Shown: positions 17,684 through 28,810, counted from the stretch's first letter. The stretch is DNA of 64,000 nucleotides from an uncultured Gemmatimonadaceae bacterium (GCA_963790305.1 CAWBOC010000010.1:409939-473938); one strand, 5' to 3'. Notes: generated from the letters alone by a model not told the origin. Program-made: numbers and translations.

Positions 17684-20600
17684 ATGGAGAAGATGCTGTC
17701 AGGTAGAAGTGCGTTCCGGAACGGCGCCGCTCGCCGCGTCGCGATGATGAGCGCGCTGTTCGCGCTGGTCTGGAGCGGAGCCGCGCTGAGCCAGGAGATC
17801 GGGGTGTCGGGAACGGTCACGGCGCCCACCGGTGCTCCCCTGCGGGAAGTTCTTGTCCGCGTCCAGGGCGGCGATGCGCGGACGCTGACTGACGCGGCCG
17901 GACGATACGCATTGCGAGCGCCCACCGATGGGGTGCTGAGCTTTTCCCTCCTCGGCCGCCGCGCCACGCAGCAACAGATCGCGGGCCGCACGACGATCGA
18001 CGTCGTCATGGAGCAGGTTCCCTATCTCGAAGAGGTGGTAGTCACCTCGTACACGGAACAACGGCGAGCGGATATCACGGGAGCGGTCGCCAGTGTCGAT
18101 CTGGATGCGGCGAACCGGCAAACGGGAGCCAGTGTCCTGCAGCGGCTCGATGCGACCGCGCCGGGTGTCACGGTCGTTTCGAGCGGCTCTCCCGGGTCGC
18201 GCAGCACCGTCCGAGTGCGCGGCATCAGCTCGTTCCAGAACAACGATCCGCTCTACATCGTGGACGGGACGCCGGTTCAGGATTCCTACATGAACTTCCT
18301 GAACCCTAACGACATCACGTCCATCCAGGTGCTGAAGGATGCATCGGCCGCCTCGATCTACGGCGCGCGAGCCAACAATGGCGTGATCGTCATCGAGACG
18401 ACCAGGAAGGGGGCGGGTGGGCCGCCGCAGGTGACCCTGCGGATGAGAACCGGCATCGCCAGCCCGGTGCGCGGCTACGACGATTTCCTCATCACGAACG
18501 CGCTCGACTATCACGCGGTGCTCAAGGCGAGCTATCTCAACGCGGGGGAGCCGGTTCCGACCAACGTGTACGGCGACCCCAACAGTCCGTCCATCCCGGC
18601 GTACATCTGGCCGAACGCCTGCGCCGCCACGCCGCAGCCCGCCTCCTGCGCGAACGTGGTCACGGCGTTCGATGCGTTTGGCCGGCCCACCGCGGTGAAT
18701 TCGAACGCGTATTCGTTCCCCAACACCTTGATCATGCCCGGCAGCGCGGGCACCAACTGGTGGGACGCCGTCTTCGGGACGGCGCCGGTTCACGACTACA
18801 ACTTCGATGTGTCCGGTGGCAGCGACGTCAATGCCTACCGTGTCTCCTTCAACTACTTCAACCAGGGCGGCACGGCGCGGTGGAACGACTTCAAGCGAGG
18901 AAGCGTCCGCGTCAACACCCAGTTCAATCGCGGGCGGCTGAGCTTTGGGGAAAACCTCTCCATCGCCGTCAATCGGCATCGCGGTGGCATGCCGAACGAT
19001 CCGGACGACTACGTCGAAGACGGCATTCTCGGCAAGAACATTCTGATGCAGCCGGTGATTCCCGTCTACGACATCAATGGGAACTTTGCCGGCGGGAAAG
19101 GCCACCGGCCTGGGCAACCAGAGCAATCCGCTCAAGGCCGCATGGGCGGCGAAGGACGACGAGAACAAGACCGACCAGATGTTCGGTAACGTGTTCGCGG
19201 GCCTCGACGTCGTCGAGAACCTGACGTTCAGGACCAGCCTCGGGTTCAATCTGAGCCAGGTCTCGGTCCTGACCTTTACGCCGAGCTTCCCCGAGGTTGC
19301 GGAGGCGACATTCAGCAGCGCCCAGGCCGAGAACACGAATCGATTCACGGACTGGACGTGGAGCAACACCCTGCGATACAGCAAGGTGCTCTTCTCGCAG
19401 CACACGCTGAACATCCTGCTCGGGCAGGAAGCCAACGCGAGCAACAACCGGTACATCGAGGGATCGATCGGCAGCCTCATCAACACCGATCCGGATTCCC
19501 GGTACATCCAGGACGCCCTCGGTGCGGGCAAGAACGTCCTCAGCACCGGTGGTCGGAGCGCGTTGTTGTCGTTCTTCGGAAAGGCCGACTACAACTTCAA
19601 CGACCGCTACGTCGCGAGCGTTACGCTGCGACGGGATGGGTCCTCGCGACTCGGTCCCGGAAACCGGTGGGGAACGTTCCCGGCGTTCGGGCTCGGGTGG
19701 AGAATCACCAACGAGCCCTTCCTGGCGAACAACAGAATCCTCTCCGATGTCATGCTGCGGTATGGATGGGGCGTCACCGGAAACCAGTTCATACCCTCAG
19801 GACGCATCTGTCGCCAGGTACGGCGGCGACCGTGGAAACTCCTACTACGACGTCAACGGGGCAAATAGCACCCTCGTCGGAGGATACCGGCAGGTTTCCC
19901 AGGGGAATCCCAACCTGAAGTGGGAAGAGAACAGATCCACGAACATCGGCGCCGACATGGTGCTGTTCGAGGGACTGCTCAATGTCGTTCTCGATGTCTA
20001 CCAGCGGCAGACGAACAACCTGCTGTTCGATCCGCGACAGCCGGCCACGGCAGGCGACGCCGATCCCCCGATTCTCAACGTCGGGAAGATGCGAAACACC
20101 GGCTTCGATCTCTCCATCGGCCATGAGGGCTCGTTCTGGAACGCTACCCTCAACGTGGGCCGCTACAAGAACAAGATCGTCTCGATTGATGGAGCGACGG
20201 AGTCGTTCCGCGGTCCGATCTCGACGCGCTTCGGCAACCAGGTCATCAATCAGGTTGGTCACCCGATCGGCTCGTTCTATGGCTACATCGCCGATGGGTT
20301 CTTCCGCGATGCTGCCGACGTCGCGGCGCATGCCGACCCAGGCCGGCAAAGCGCCGGGCAGGATCAAGTTCCGGGATGTGAATGGCGACGGCTCAGTCAC
20401 CCTCGCCGACCAAACCATCATTGGCAATCCGCATCCCGATTTCACCGCCGGCCTGGACCTCGGCGCCCGCCGTGGAAATTTCGATCTGAGCGCCACGTTC
20501 TTTGGTACGTTCGGGAACGACATCTTCGAGAACCAGAAGGAGTTCTACGTCTTTCGCGAGTTCAGCACCAATGTCCGACAGGACCTGCTCGCGAATTCAT

Positions 20601-20953
20601 GGACGCCGCAAAATCCGAACTCCAAGTATCCCCGTCTCGACAAGAACGACACGTTCAGCTGGGCGCTGAGCAGCTACTACGTCGAGGATGGATCGTACAT
20701 CAGGCTGCGCAACATGCAGCTGGGGTACACCGTTCCCAACTCGTTCGGGCGGTGGTTCAAGGCCGGCTCGAGGGTGTATTTGGCGGCGGAGAACCTGTTC
20801 ACGATCACCGATTACGAGGGTCTCGATCCATCGTTGCCCGCCGCGAACATCAACGGTGCGGCCGGCGACGTTCGTGACCAGTATCGCGGCGTCGATCGTG
20901 GATCGTATCCGAGCAACAGAGTGTTCAGCATTGGCGTCGTCACCTCCTTCTAA
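17684..20953 (+). CDS. susC: SusC/RagA family TonB-linked outer membrane transporter, frameshifts near 19098, 19810 and 20335
   Basis: SusC plug signature, TLRRDGSSRLG..WGTFPA, NPNLKWEE, GRIKFRDVNGDG, YVEDGSYIRLRN, terminal F; spread over four ORFs; start approximate. Confidence 0.9.
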
Positions 20954-20981
20954 TCACAACGCCTTTTTCAAGGAAGCAGAG

Positions 20982-22778
20982 ATGATAAAACCGCTATCGC
21001 GGCACCCGCTGCTCTTCGGGACGGCGTTTGTGCTTCTCGCGGGAGGTGCAGTGCACGGCTGCTCCGATTTCCTCGAGAACGCGGCGGCCCCGCAGGGAAC
21101 GCTGGATGACAAGACGATCGCGAGTCGCGTCGGCGTCGAAGGTACGCTCATCGGGGCGTACCGCACGCTCGACTGCACCACCACCACCAATAGCGACTGG
21201 GGGTGCGCTGCCAGCAACTGGGTCTTTGCGTCGGTCGCGGCCGACGATTCGTACAAGGGATCCGACGGCAGCGACCAGCCCCCGATCAACGACATCGAGG
21301 GATACCACTGGGGCACGCCTAACGCCGAGTCTTATCTGAATACCAAGTGGTCCCACGTCTATGAAGGCGTTGTTCGAAGCAACGCGACCCTGCGCCTGCT
21401 GCAGCAGGTCATGGCGATATCGACCGAAATCCCCGACGCACTCGCCTCCGAGATCGAGGGCGAGGCGCTGTTCCTCAGGGCGCACTACCACTTCGAGGCA
21501 TGGCGGATGTGGGGACGTATTCCGTACTACTTCGAGGATGATGAGGATACTCGCAAGCCGAACCTGTCGAGCGCCGAGGTCGTAACGGCCCTGCTGGCGG
21601 ACCTCGACGCAGCCATTGCAAAGCTGCCTTTGACTCCGCGGAATGGGCAAAAGGGCCGAGCGACACGGTGGGCCGCGAAGGCCTACAAGGGACGCGTGCA
21701 GGTGTATGCCGGGCAATACGCTGCGGCCGTGACGACGTTGCAGGACGTCAGGCTCAACGGACCGTATGCGCTCCAGCCAAGCTTTGACCAGGTGTGGAGC
21801 GGTTTTCAGGAGTATTCGAACGGACCGGAGACCATATTCGCCTATCAGGCCTCCACGAACGACGGAGAACCCAATGGCGACAATGGCAACTGGGGCGAAC
21901 GACTGAATTTCCCATACTCCGGAAGCCATTTCGGCTGCTGCGGATTCAATCAGCCAAGTCAGAACCTGGTGAACTTCTACCGGGTCGACGCCGCGGGCCT
22001 TCCCCTGGCCCTATCGGCCCCAGGGAGCTGGAACGCATCGAATGCGAACATGACGGCGGCGACGGTTCCGGTGGTAGATCCGCGGCTTGATTGGACCGTT
22101 GGTCGCGACGGCGTGCCGTACAAGGATTGGGGAGCTCACAGCTCGAGCGGGGGCTGGGTCCGTGACGTGGCCAACGGTGGGCCGTACAGCCCCAAGAAGA
22201 ACGCGCATGAAAAGGCCAGTGGCGCGGAACAGGTGTCTGGTGGCTGGGCGCCGACCCAGCAGAATTCCATCAACATTCATCTCTTCCGTTATGCGGACAT
22301 GCTCTTGCTCCTGGCCGAGGCAATGATAGAGACCAACGACCTGGCAGGCGCGACGGCGATCGTCAATCAGATCAGGGCACGTGCAGCAGTCCGGGCCCAG
22401 GGCCCGGGAACCGATCGCGCGACGATCGCGGTGCCGATCAATAGCCCGTCGATCACCTGGGCGGTTTACAACGTCGGCCAGTATCCGGTGTTCGCGAGTC
22501 AGGCTTTTGCGCGGGACGCGGTTCGGGCGGAACGCCGGCTCGAGCTCGCGCTGGAAGGACAACGGCTGTTCGACCTGCGGCGCTGGGGAATTGCTGACGC
22601 GACTCTCAATGGCTACATCAACGGCGTCGGCGGAGGAGCCGAGGAGACCCGGAGACTCTACAAGGCGAGTGCGGAGACGTTCACGGCCAAGCACGCCCTG
22701 TACCCGATTCCGCAGATTCAGATCTCGCTGAGCCGGGTAGGCGGGGAGGATCGCCTAACGCAGAATCCGGGGTGGTGA
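20982..22778 (+). CDS. susD: RagB/SusD family nutrient-binding lipoprotein
   Basis: Lipobox VHGC; GEALFLRAHYHF, FRYADMLLLLAEA, ERRLELALEGQRLFDLRRW, QNPGW terminus. Confidence 0.93.
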   Translation: MIKPLSRHPLLFGTAFVLLAGGAVHGCSDFLENAAAPQGTLDDKTIASRVGVEGTLIGAYRTLDCTTTTNSDWGCAASNWVFASVAADDSYKGSDGSDQPPINDIEGYHWGTPNAESYLNTKWSHVYEGVVRSNATLRLLQQVMAISTEIPDALASEIEGEALFLRAHYHFEAWRMWGRIPYYFEDDEDTRKPNLSSAEVVTALLADLDAAIAKLPLTPRNGQKGRATRWAAKAYKGRVQVYAGQYAAAVTTLQDVRLNGPYALQPSFDQVWSGFQEYSNGPETIFAYQASTNDGEPNGDNGNWGERLNFPYSGSHFGCCGFNQPSQNLVNFYRVDAAGLPLALSAPGSWNASNANMTAATVPVVDPRLDWTVGRDGVPYKDWGAHSSSGGWVRDVANGGPYSPKKNAHEKASGAEQVSGGWAPTQQNSINIHLFRYADMLLLLAEAMIETNDLAGATAIVNQIRARAAVRAQGPGTDRATIAVPINSPSITWAVYNVGQYPVFASQAFARDAVRAERRLELALEGQRLFDLRRWGIADATLNGYINGVGGGAEETRRLYKASAETFTAKHALYPIPQIQISLSRVGGEDRLTQNPGW

Positions 22779-22785
22779 GAAGAAG

Positions 22786-22880
22786 CTGAGGCGCTAAAGG
22801 CGCTAGAGGCGCTAAGGGCGCTGGGGACTTCCCTCAGCGCCTTTAGCGCGTTTAGCGCCCCTAGCGCCTCTAGCGCCTCT
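22786..22880. repeat. Palindromic element of 9-nt AGAGGCGCT-type repeats
   Basis: Repeats followed by their reverse complements, between convergent genes. Confidence 0.85.
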
Positions 22881-25800
22881 GATCGCGAACGTCTGAAGCG
22901 AATCGCCCGTATTCGCGACGAGCAGCGCCTTGCCGGCTGGCGTGTCGATCAGCGCCAGCCCCGCGACGTTCAACGGAGCAAGGAAGCCACTTTCGCTCGC
23001 CGGCACTGGGGCGAAGTGACCTCGGCCGTCGCCTCTGAGCCACAGCCCGTTCCCCGCATCCGCTCGCGGCGTATTGGGCTCGGTGTCATAGAGATTCCCA
23101 GCCAGAATGACATCGCGATGCCCGTCACCATCGACATCGTGGACGACGATCGCGCGGACGGGTGAGATTTGCGCCAGAGTGGGCAACCGTGACACGCTGA
23201 AAGTCCCACCGCCATCGTTACGCAGGAACACGCTCGCGAACGTATCGGCCTCGTAATGCAGGGCCTGCCGGAGCTGAGCGGCGCTGAATAGCTGCGAGAT
23301 CGTCGCTCGCGCGAACGATCCATACGTTGGGAATTTCAGCGCCGTCTGATAGATCGCCCGACCGACGGGGGCCAAACCCCCCAGCGAGTACTCAATGCCA
23401 TCGATCTTCTTCGTCAGAACGACGTCCGTCGTTTGGTTGCCGGTGAACGTGTTCGCGTACACGCCGAACGCACTGTCCTTCAATGCAGTGTACGTATGGT
23501 TCAGCCCGAGGTTCCCGGCGATGAGGTCGGACCGACCGTCGCTGTCGAAGTCCGCCGCCGCGAGGCTATACCACCATCCTCGCAGCGATGGTCGCCGCGT
23601 GGCTGACGTGACGTTGCGCAACGTGCTCCCATCGTTTCGATGGAATTGAATCGGCATCCACTCACCGACGGTCACGAGATCCAGGCGCTTGTCCCCGTCG
23701 AAGTCTCCCCAGACCGCGTCAGTGATCATTCCTCCGGGCTCCACGAGCTGGGGTGCAACCTGCTCAGTGACGTCGCTGAATCGTCCGCCGTCATTGCGAA
23801 GCAGGTAACTCCGGGTGGGGTAGGGATACTGCCGCGGCGTTAGGCGGCCACCGACGAAGAGATCAGGGCGGCCGTCGCCGTTGAAGTCTCCGGCGCGGAC
23901 CGTGGACGTGCTCGTGAGCATGACCGGCAGCGCGCCGGTGTCTCTGACGAATCTGCCGCCCCCGTGGTTGATGTACAGCCGGTCCTGCAACAATGGGGAG
24001 CTCGGCGCGAGTTGATAGCCGCCGCTCGCCACGTACAAGTCCAGCCTGCCATCGGCGTTTGCATCGAAGAACGTCGCTCCCCAATCCTCGTGCTGCTTGT
24101 CCGCATCCCAGGGTTGCGCTCGCGCCGACTCGACGAAGCTTCCGTCCTTGCGCTGCATGAACAACGTGCCAGCGAGGCCACCTCCGCCGCCGACGAAGAC
24201 GTCCTCGAGCGTGTCGCCGTCGACATCCCCGACGGCGAGCGCCGGACCCTGTCGGGAGATCATGTACGGCAGGAGCGGCTGTACACTGTAATCGACTGAT
24301 GTGCCGAGTTGATGCGTGTAGGGAACGCCCTCGATCGGCTCAAACCATCTCCTCCTGTCTTTTACGTCAGTCGTGTCGTTGGTGAGCCTCGCGTCTATCT
24401 GCCTGACGGTGACCAACCGATCGACGTCCAGCCCGGTGAGCACCTGGGCTCGGCCGTCCGGCCATCGCACTTCGAGACTGTCCACGCGGCGGGCGCGACC
24501 GAGGCCAAAGTGCGCGCGCGGATCCACCGTGGACATGAAGCCTCGGTACGGGTTGTAGTACAGATGCTGCTTTTGCCCTGCGGCCGTCAGCGTCAGCGTC
24601 GCCCCGGTCGCGCGTTGCGGTGATTCTCCCTTCAGCTCGACGTTCAGGTAGTGATGCGCGTCGTCGTTGGGCGCGACGTTGTGATAAATGAACGCCGGTG
24701 CGTCGATGTTGCTCACGACGAGGTCGAGCCTGCCGTCGTTGTCGAGATCGGCATAGGCGGCGCCGTACGAGTAGCTCGGGCGGTCCATCCCCCAGGCGCG
24801 TGTCTTGTCGATGAACGTCAGGTCCCCCGCGTTCCGAAAGATGAAGTTGGGTTCCTCGTACCCGTGAAGGCCCTGGAGGAGCGCGCGAGCTGCTCTGACG
24901 GTCCCCGCGTCATTGCGGCGGCCTAACGCGAAAAGGGCGTTCAGGTAATCGAGATCGATGACCGCCTTCGGGTAGCCGTTGCCGATGAAGATGTCCTTGT
25001 GGCCATCGTTGTCGAAATCGGCAAAAAGGGCGCTCCAGCTCCAATCCGTATGGGCGACTCCCGCCAGGCGGGAGATTTCGCTGAAGCTGACATTCCCTTC
25101 CGTCGTGACGCCATTGCTGAGCTGCAGGGTGTTGAGGCTATAGTCGTAGCGAAACCCTCTTCGACGCCACTCCTGGAAACTCCCGTATGTCGCGAACCCG
25201 CTCATTCGTTTCCGGCGATCCAGATCGCGGGGCATCATGTCGACCTGAAGAATGTCCGGATGGCCATCGTTGTTGAAATCCGCAATGTCGATCCCCATGC
25301 CCGCGGCGCTCGCATGCTTGAGCCACCGATCGGCCTTGTCAGTGAACGTTCCGTCACCGTTGTTGACGTACACGACGTCGTTCGGTGGACCGTCATTCGA
25401 CACGTAGATGTCGGGCCATCCATCGCGGTTCAGATCGGCCGAGACCGCCCCCAGCCCGTAACCAGCCTTGCGCAGAATTCCTGCGGCATCCGAGACATTG
25501 GTGAACCGTCCCCCTTTCTCACCACGGCACGGGTTGCGGTAGAGCTGGTTGTAGCTGTCGGGTGTCTGGCCACGGAGCGCGGCCGGCTGGTTGGTGACGC
25601 CGCGAAAAAAATCCTGGGGGGAATTGGTGAGCAAAAAGACGTCGAGGCATCCGTCACGATCGTAATCGAGGAAAACGGCGTGCGTCGTAAATCCGACGTC
25701 CGCAAGGCCGTATTGCGATGCTGCCTCGGTGAAGGTCCGATTTCCATTGTTGATGAAAAGCAGGTTCGCGCGATGTTCCGGCGGCGTCCATGCCGGGCCT

Positions 25801-26198
25801 GAAACGGACACGTAGATATCGAGGTAGCCGTCGTCGTTGATGTCGACCATACTCGCGCCGGTGGCCCATCGTGTCGTGGCGACGCCGGCGCGATCGGTAA
25901 TGTCCTCGAACCGCATCTGCCCCTTGTTGAGATACAGGCGGCTCGAGACCATGTTGCCGGCGAAGAAAATATCGGCGAGCCCATCGTTGTCGACGTCACC
26001 GATAGCGACGCCGCCGCCGTTATAGACGTAGGGGTCGGTCTGGACGTTCAGCGTATCATTGGTGGTGATGGTGTTCGCGAAAGTGACGCCGGTCTGCGCC
26101 GGGCTCAGGAGCTCGAACAGCGCTTCGTCGCTCCCGTCGCCGCCGCAGCCCCCGAACGATGTGAGCGCGAGGAGGAGCACACAGACGGGCCGGCTCAC
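22812..26198 (-). CDS. FG-GAP/VCBS repeat lipoprotein with ASPIC/UnbV domain
   Basis: Many DxDxDGxxD repeats; YNGGGVAIGDVDNDG; RGFMSTVDPRAHFGLG..VRWPDG. Confidence 0.9.
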   Translation of the reverse strand: MSRPVCVLLLALTSFGGCGGDGSDEALFELLSPAQTGVTFANTITTNDTLNVQTDPYVYNGGGVAIGDVDNDGLADIFFAGNMVSSRLYLNKGQMRFEDITDRAGVATTRWATGASMVDINDDGYLDIYVSVSGPAWTPPEHRANLLFINNGNRTFTEAASQYGLADVGFTTHAVFLDYDRDGCLDVFLLTNSPQDFFRGVTNQPAALRGQTPDSYNQLYRNPCRGEKGGRFTNVSDAAGILRKAGYGLGAVSADLNRDGWPDIYVSNDGPPNDVVYVNNGDGTFTDKADRWLKHASAAGMGIDIADFNNDGHPDILQVDMMPRDLDRRKRMSGFATYGSFQEWRRRGFRYDYSLNTLQLSNGVTTEGNVSFSEISRLAGVAHTDWSWSALFADFDNDGHKDIFIGNGYPKAVIDLDYLNALFALGRRNDAGTVRAARALLQGLHGYEEPNFIFRNAGDLTFIDKTRAWGMDRPSYSYGAAYADLDNDGRLDLVVSNIDAPAFIYHNVAPNDDAHHYLNVELKGESPQRATGATLTLTAAGQKQHLYYNPYRGFMSTVDPRAHFGLGRARRVDSLEVRWPDGRAQVLTGLDVDRLVTVRQIDARLTNDTTDVKDRRRWFEPIEGVPYTHQLGTSVDYSVQPLLPYMISRQGPALAVGDVDGDTLEDVFVGGGGGLAGTLFMQRKDGSFVESARAQPWDADKQHEDWGATFFDANADGRLDLYVASGGYQLAPSSPLLQDRLYINHGGGRFVRDTGALPVMLTSTSTVRAGDFNGDGRPDLFVGGRLTPRQYPYPTRSYLLRNDGGRFSDVTEQVAPQLVEPGGMITDAVWGDFDGDKRLDLVTVGEWMPIQFHRNDGSTLRNVTSATRRPSLRGWWYSLAAADFDSDGRSDLIAGNLGLNHTYTALKDSAFGVYANTFTGNQTTDVVLTKKIDGIEYSLGGLAPVGRAIYQTALKFPTYGSFARATISQLFSAAQLRQALHYEADTFASVFLRNDGGGTFSVSRLPTLAQISPVRAIVVHDVDGDGHRDVILAGNLYDTEPNTPRADAGNGLWLRGDGRGHFAPVPASESGFLAPLNVAGLALIDTPAGKALLVANTGDSLQTFAIRGARGARGAKRAKGAEGSPQRP

Positions 26199-27772
26199 GG
26201 TGTGGGGGCTGGCTTGACCGGCATTCTGTTCTCGAACAGAAGGACCGGATCGCGCTCCGTCGCAAGCTGCCGTCTGCCGCCCGGCCGTTGAAGGGCACCA
26301 ACGTTCTGCAGATCCATGGCGCCGATGAGGACATCCAGCCGACCGTCTCGATTCAGATCGGCCGTCGCCGTGAGGCTCCAGCGATTGGCGGAGGCGATGC
26401 TGAAGGCGTAGGGCTGAAAGACGTATCGGCCAGCGCTCTCGAGGAACATGATGCCGCGCTCGGGATGGCGATCGAAATCCGCGAACGTGCTCGTGGCGAG
26501 AATGTCCAGGTCGCCGTCCCTGTCGAAATCAGCGACTTCCGCTCGAGCGGCTCCGTACACGGGGAAGAAGAAGCGCTCGCGGAAGCTGTTGTCGCCCTCG
26601 TTTTCCAGGATCCGAACGCCATGGTACGGCTTGAGCACGCGCGAAAAATCGAAGTTGTCGCCATTCACGTAGACAATGTCGAGGCGTCCGTCTCCGTTGA
26701 AGTCGTGCATCGCAAAATACATCGAGCCGTACACGGGCGGAAAGCGCGCCAGTATCCGAGGCCGTGTGGAGAAGCGCCCTCGTCCATCATTTTCGTACAA
26801 CACGATCCGCTCATCCCCCTGCGCGAGAAGGGCGACGATGTCCGGCGAACCGTCTCCGGTCATGTCACGTATCTCGAATCTGATGGCGCCGGGGCTTGAA
26901 TCGAGTATTCGTCGTTCATACCCCGACCCGTCGTTGCGATAGAGTGCAAGACGCCCACGGTTATTGCCGTATTCGCAGATGAGAACGTCGTTGCGCCCGT
27001 CCCGGTCGAAATCGAACTGCTGGACGAACACGGGTCTGAACAGCGAGTCGATGAGAACTTTGCCGAGGCGAAGGGAATCCGTGCCGACAAAGTCGTACCG
27101 CACGAGCCTGCCCCTCGGCTGATCGTTCGGATCGAGAATTCCGGATTCGAGAATCAGGACGTGATCGCGCTCGACAATGACATCCGTCGGTGCGCTGGCT
27201 AACGGGAGCGACGAGAGGAGATGCCGGTCCCAGTCGAAGATCCGAAAGCTGTTACTGCCGGCCTCGCCGACGAAGATGCGCTTGCGTGTGGTATCAGTCT
27301 CGAGAAGCGTGATGATCGCGCTGCTTTGCATCCGCGGGACGAAGGGACCTATCCGGAAAAGATCCGGGTCCACCTGTGGCTCGGCTGGCAGAGACTGATC
27401 CGGTAACGAGTCGGGAGCGCCCTCGCGATAATACCGAACGATCTTCGCCCACGATTCCTCCGACGCTCCCTGCGTAAGGACCAACATGTGCGGAGTGCTC
27501 ATGCTTTCATTGAGCGACGAGTCCGCGCTCACCCCAAGCCGCGGTGCCATCGCCGGCAACACGCCGGCTTGCCACGTTGTCTTGTCCAACAGCTGCGGCT
27601 CCGGAAATGCGTGGCAGGCCGCGCAATATGCACGGGCGAGCCGTTCTCCGTCTGCGCCATTCGGTCGCTCGCAGCCCACGAGGGCAAAGCTCAACAGCGT
27701 CAGAAAGCACACCCGGATCGGGCAGGTCACGCGCGCGAGCTCCTCATTCATGTTCCGATGCGCCAGGGCCAC
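26195..27772 (-). CDS. Cytochrome c + FG-GAP repeat lipoprotein
   Basis: Lipobox LVGC, CAACH heme-binding motif, DFDRDG repeats; start uncertain. Confidence 0.8.
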   Translation of the reverse strand: MALAHRNMNEELARVTCPIRVCFLTLLSFALVGCERPNGADGERLARAYCAACHAFPEPQLLDKTTWQAGVLPAMAPRLGVSADSSLNESMSTPHMLVLTQGASEESWAKIVRYYREGAPDSLPDQSLPAEPQVDPDLFRIGPFVPRMQSSAIITLLETDTTRKRIFVGEAGSNSFRIFDWDRHLLSSLPLASAPTDVIVERDHVLILESGILDPNDQPRGRLVRYDFVGTDSLRLGKVLIDSLFRPVFVQQFDFDRDGRNDVLICEYGNNRGRLALYRNDGSGYERRILDSSPGAIRFEIRDMTGDGSPDIVALLAQGDERIVLYENDGRGRFSTRPRILARFPPVYGSMYFAMHDFNGDGRLDIVYVNGDNFDFSRVLKPYHGVRILENEGDNSFRERFFFPVYGAARAEVADFDRDGDLDILATSTFADFDRHPERGIMFLESAGRYVFQPYAFSIASANRWSLTATADLNRDGRLDVLIGAMDLQNVGALQRPGGRRQLATERDPVLLFENRMPVKPAPTP

Positions 27773-27779
27773 AGCCCGC

Positions 27780-27866
27780 TGAACTGCCGAATGACACGAA
27801 TGCTACGAATCAACACGAATTACGAGCGGGCGCAATTCGTGTCATTCGTGTTATTAAGCCGTTCAG
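27780..27866. repeat. Imperfect palindromic element with CACGAAT repeats
   Basis: GACACGAATGCTACGAATCAACACGAATT ... AATTCGTGTCATTCGTGTT. Confidence 0.65.
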
Positions 27867-27935
27867 GGAGTTCCGTGGCCCGGCGAGTGGACATCGGCTG
27901 TTGCGTGACCGCATGACCCGCCACAGTTTGGCTGC

Positions 27936-28235
27936 GTGACGAACGATCCCCACGCAGGCCTCCGCGACAGAGTTCTCCAGCGCGTGCTTCAGGGCACCGG
28001 CGACACGGATCCCGCGATCCGCAGGGCCGCCGCCGAGGGAAAGGGTGTGCCCGCCGAGCTTCAGGCGCTGGTCGACAAGATTCACCGCCATGCGTACAAG
28101 GTGACTGACGAGGACTTCGCGCGCCTTCGGGCGGAGTACGAGGACGATCAGCTCTTCGAGGTCGTCGTGAGTGCCGCGCTTGGGGCTTCGCGAAACCGCT
28201 TGCTGGCGGGCCTCGAGGCATTGGACGACGCATGA
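27936..28235 (+). CDS. Small AhpD/carboxymuconolactone-decarboxylase-like protein
   Basis: LVDKIHRHAYKVTDEDFARLRAEY.DDQLFEVVVSAALGA resembles the AhpD-fold helical half; ATGA-coupled to the next gene. Confidence 0.65.
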   Translation: MTNDPHAGLRDRVLQRVLQGTGDTDPAIRRAAAEGKGVPAELQALVDKIHRHAYKVTDEDFARLRAEYEDDQLFEVVVSAALGASRNRLLAGLEALDDA

Positions 28236-28810
28236 GACTTCACAAAGTGCACACCGGACATCGCCTTCGCGACAAGGCGATGCTGCGTCTCATGCAAGTG
28301 GTGATGGGGCATGCGCCCGGCGTCGTGCGAACGTTGCGCTACCGGAAGGAATTCTTCGGGCAGGCGTTCTCCGAGCTCACGCAGCAGGTGATGCGCGGTC
28401 CTTCACCCTGGAGCGTCGGCGAGCGCGAGACGTTCGCCGCGTTCGTCTCACGCCTCAACCAGTGCGTCTTTTGAACGAACGCGCACTCCGCGGTCGCGGA
28501 GGCGGCGCTCGGTGACGGCACCATGCGGCTCATCCTGGAGGACTATCGGACAGCGCCCATCGACGAGAAGCTGCGCGCGATGCTCGCGCTGCTCGAGACG
28601 TTCACGCTCCATCCCGAGCAGCTGACCGCTGCGAAAGTTCGCGAGGTGCTGGCGGCCGGCGTCACGCGCGAGGGAATTCGCGACGCATTCTATGTCGCAT
28701 TCCTCTTCAACACGTATGACCGGCTCGCCGACACTCTCGGGTGGGAGCTTCCGGACGAGGGCTACTACCTCAAGGCTGGGCGGTTCTTGTTGAAGAAGGG
28801 ATACATGTAA
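28232..28810 (+). CDS. AhpD/CMD-like peroxidase-related protein, probable selenoprotein (CxxU, TGA 28472-74)
   Basis: ORFs 28232..28474 and 28523..28810 share a frame; readthrough gives ERETFAAFVSRLNQCVF-U-TNAH, the AhpD CxxCxxxH motif. Confidence 0.8.
28481..28508 (+). promoter_or_regulatory. Bacterial SECIS-like hairpin
   Basis: CTCCGC-GGTC-GCGGAG stem-loop separated from the TGA by 11 nt, GT in the loop, flanking GCGC/GCGC lower stem. Confidence 0.65.

Noticed and set aside
17699..19546. Long antisense ORFs (e.g. 615 aa here; also 39485..40723, 60389..62860 in part, 62340..63983)
   Set aside because: Shadow ORFs expected in high-GC coding DNA; no recognisable motifs beyond those of the overlapping real genes
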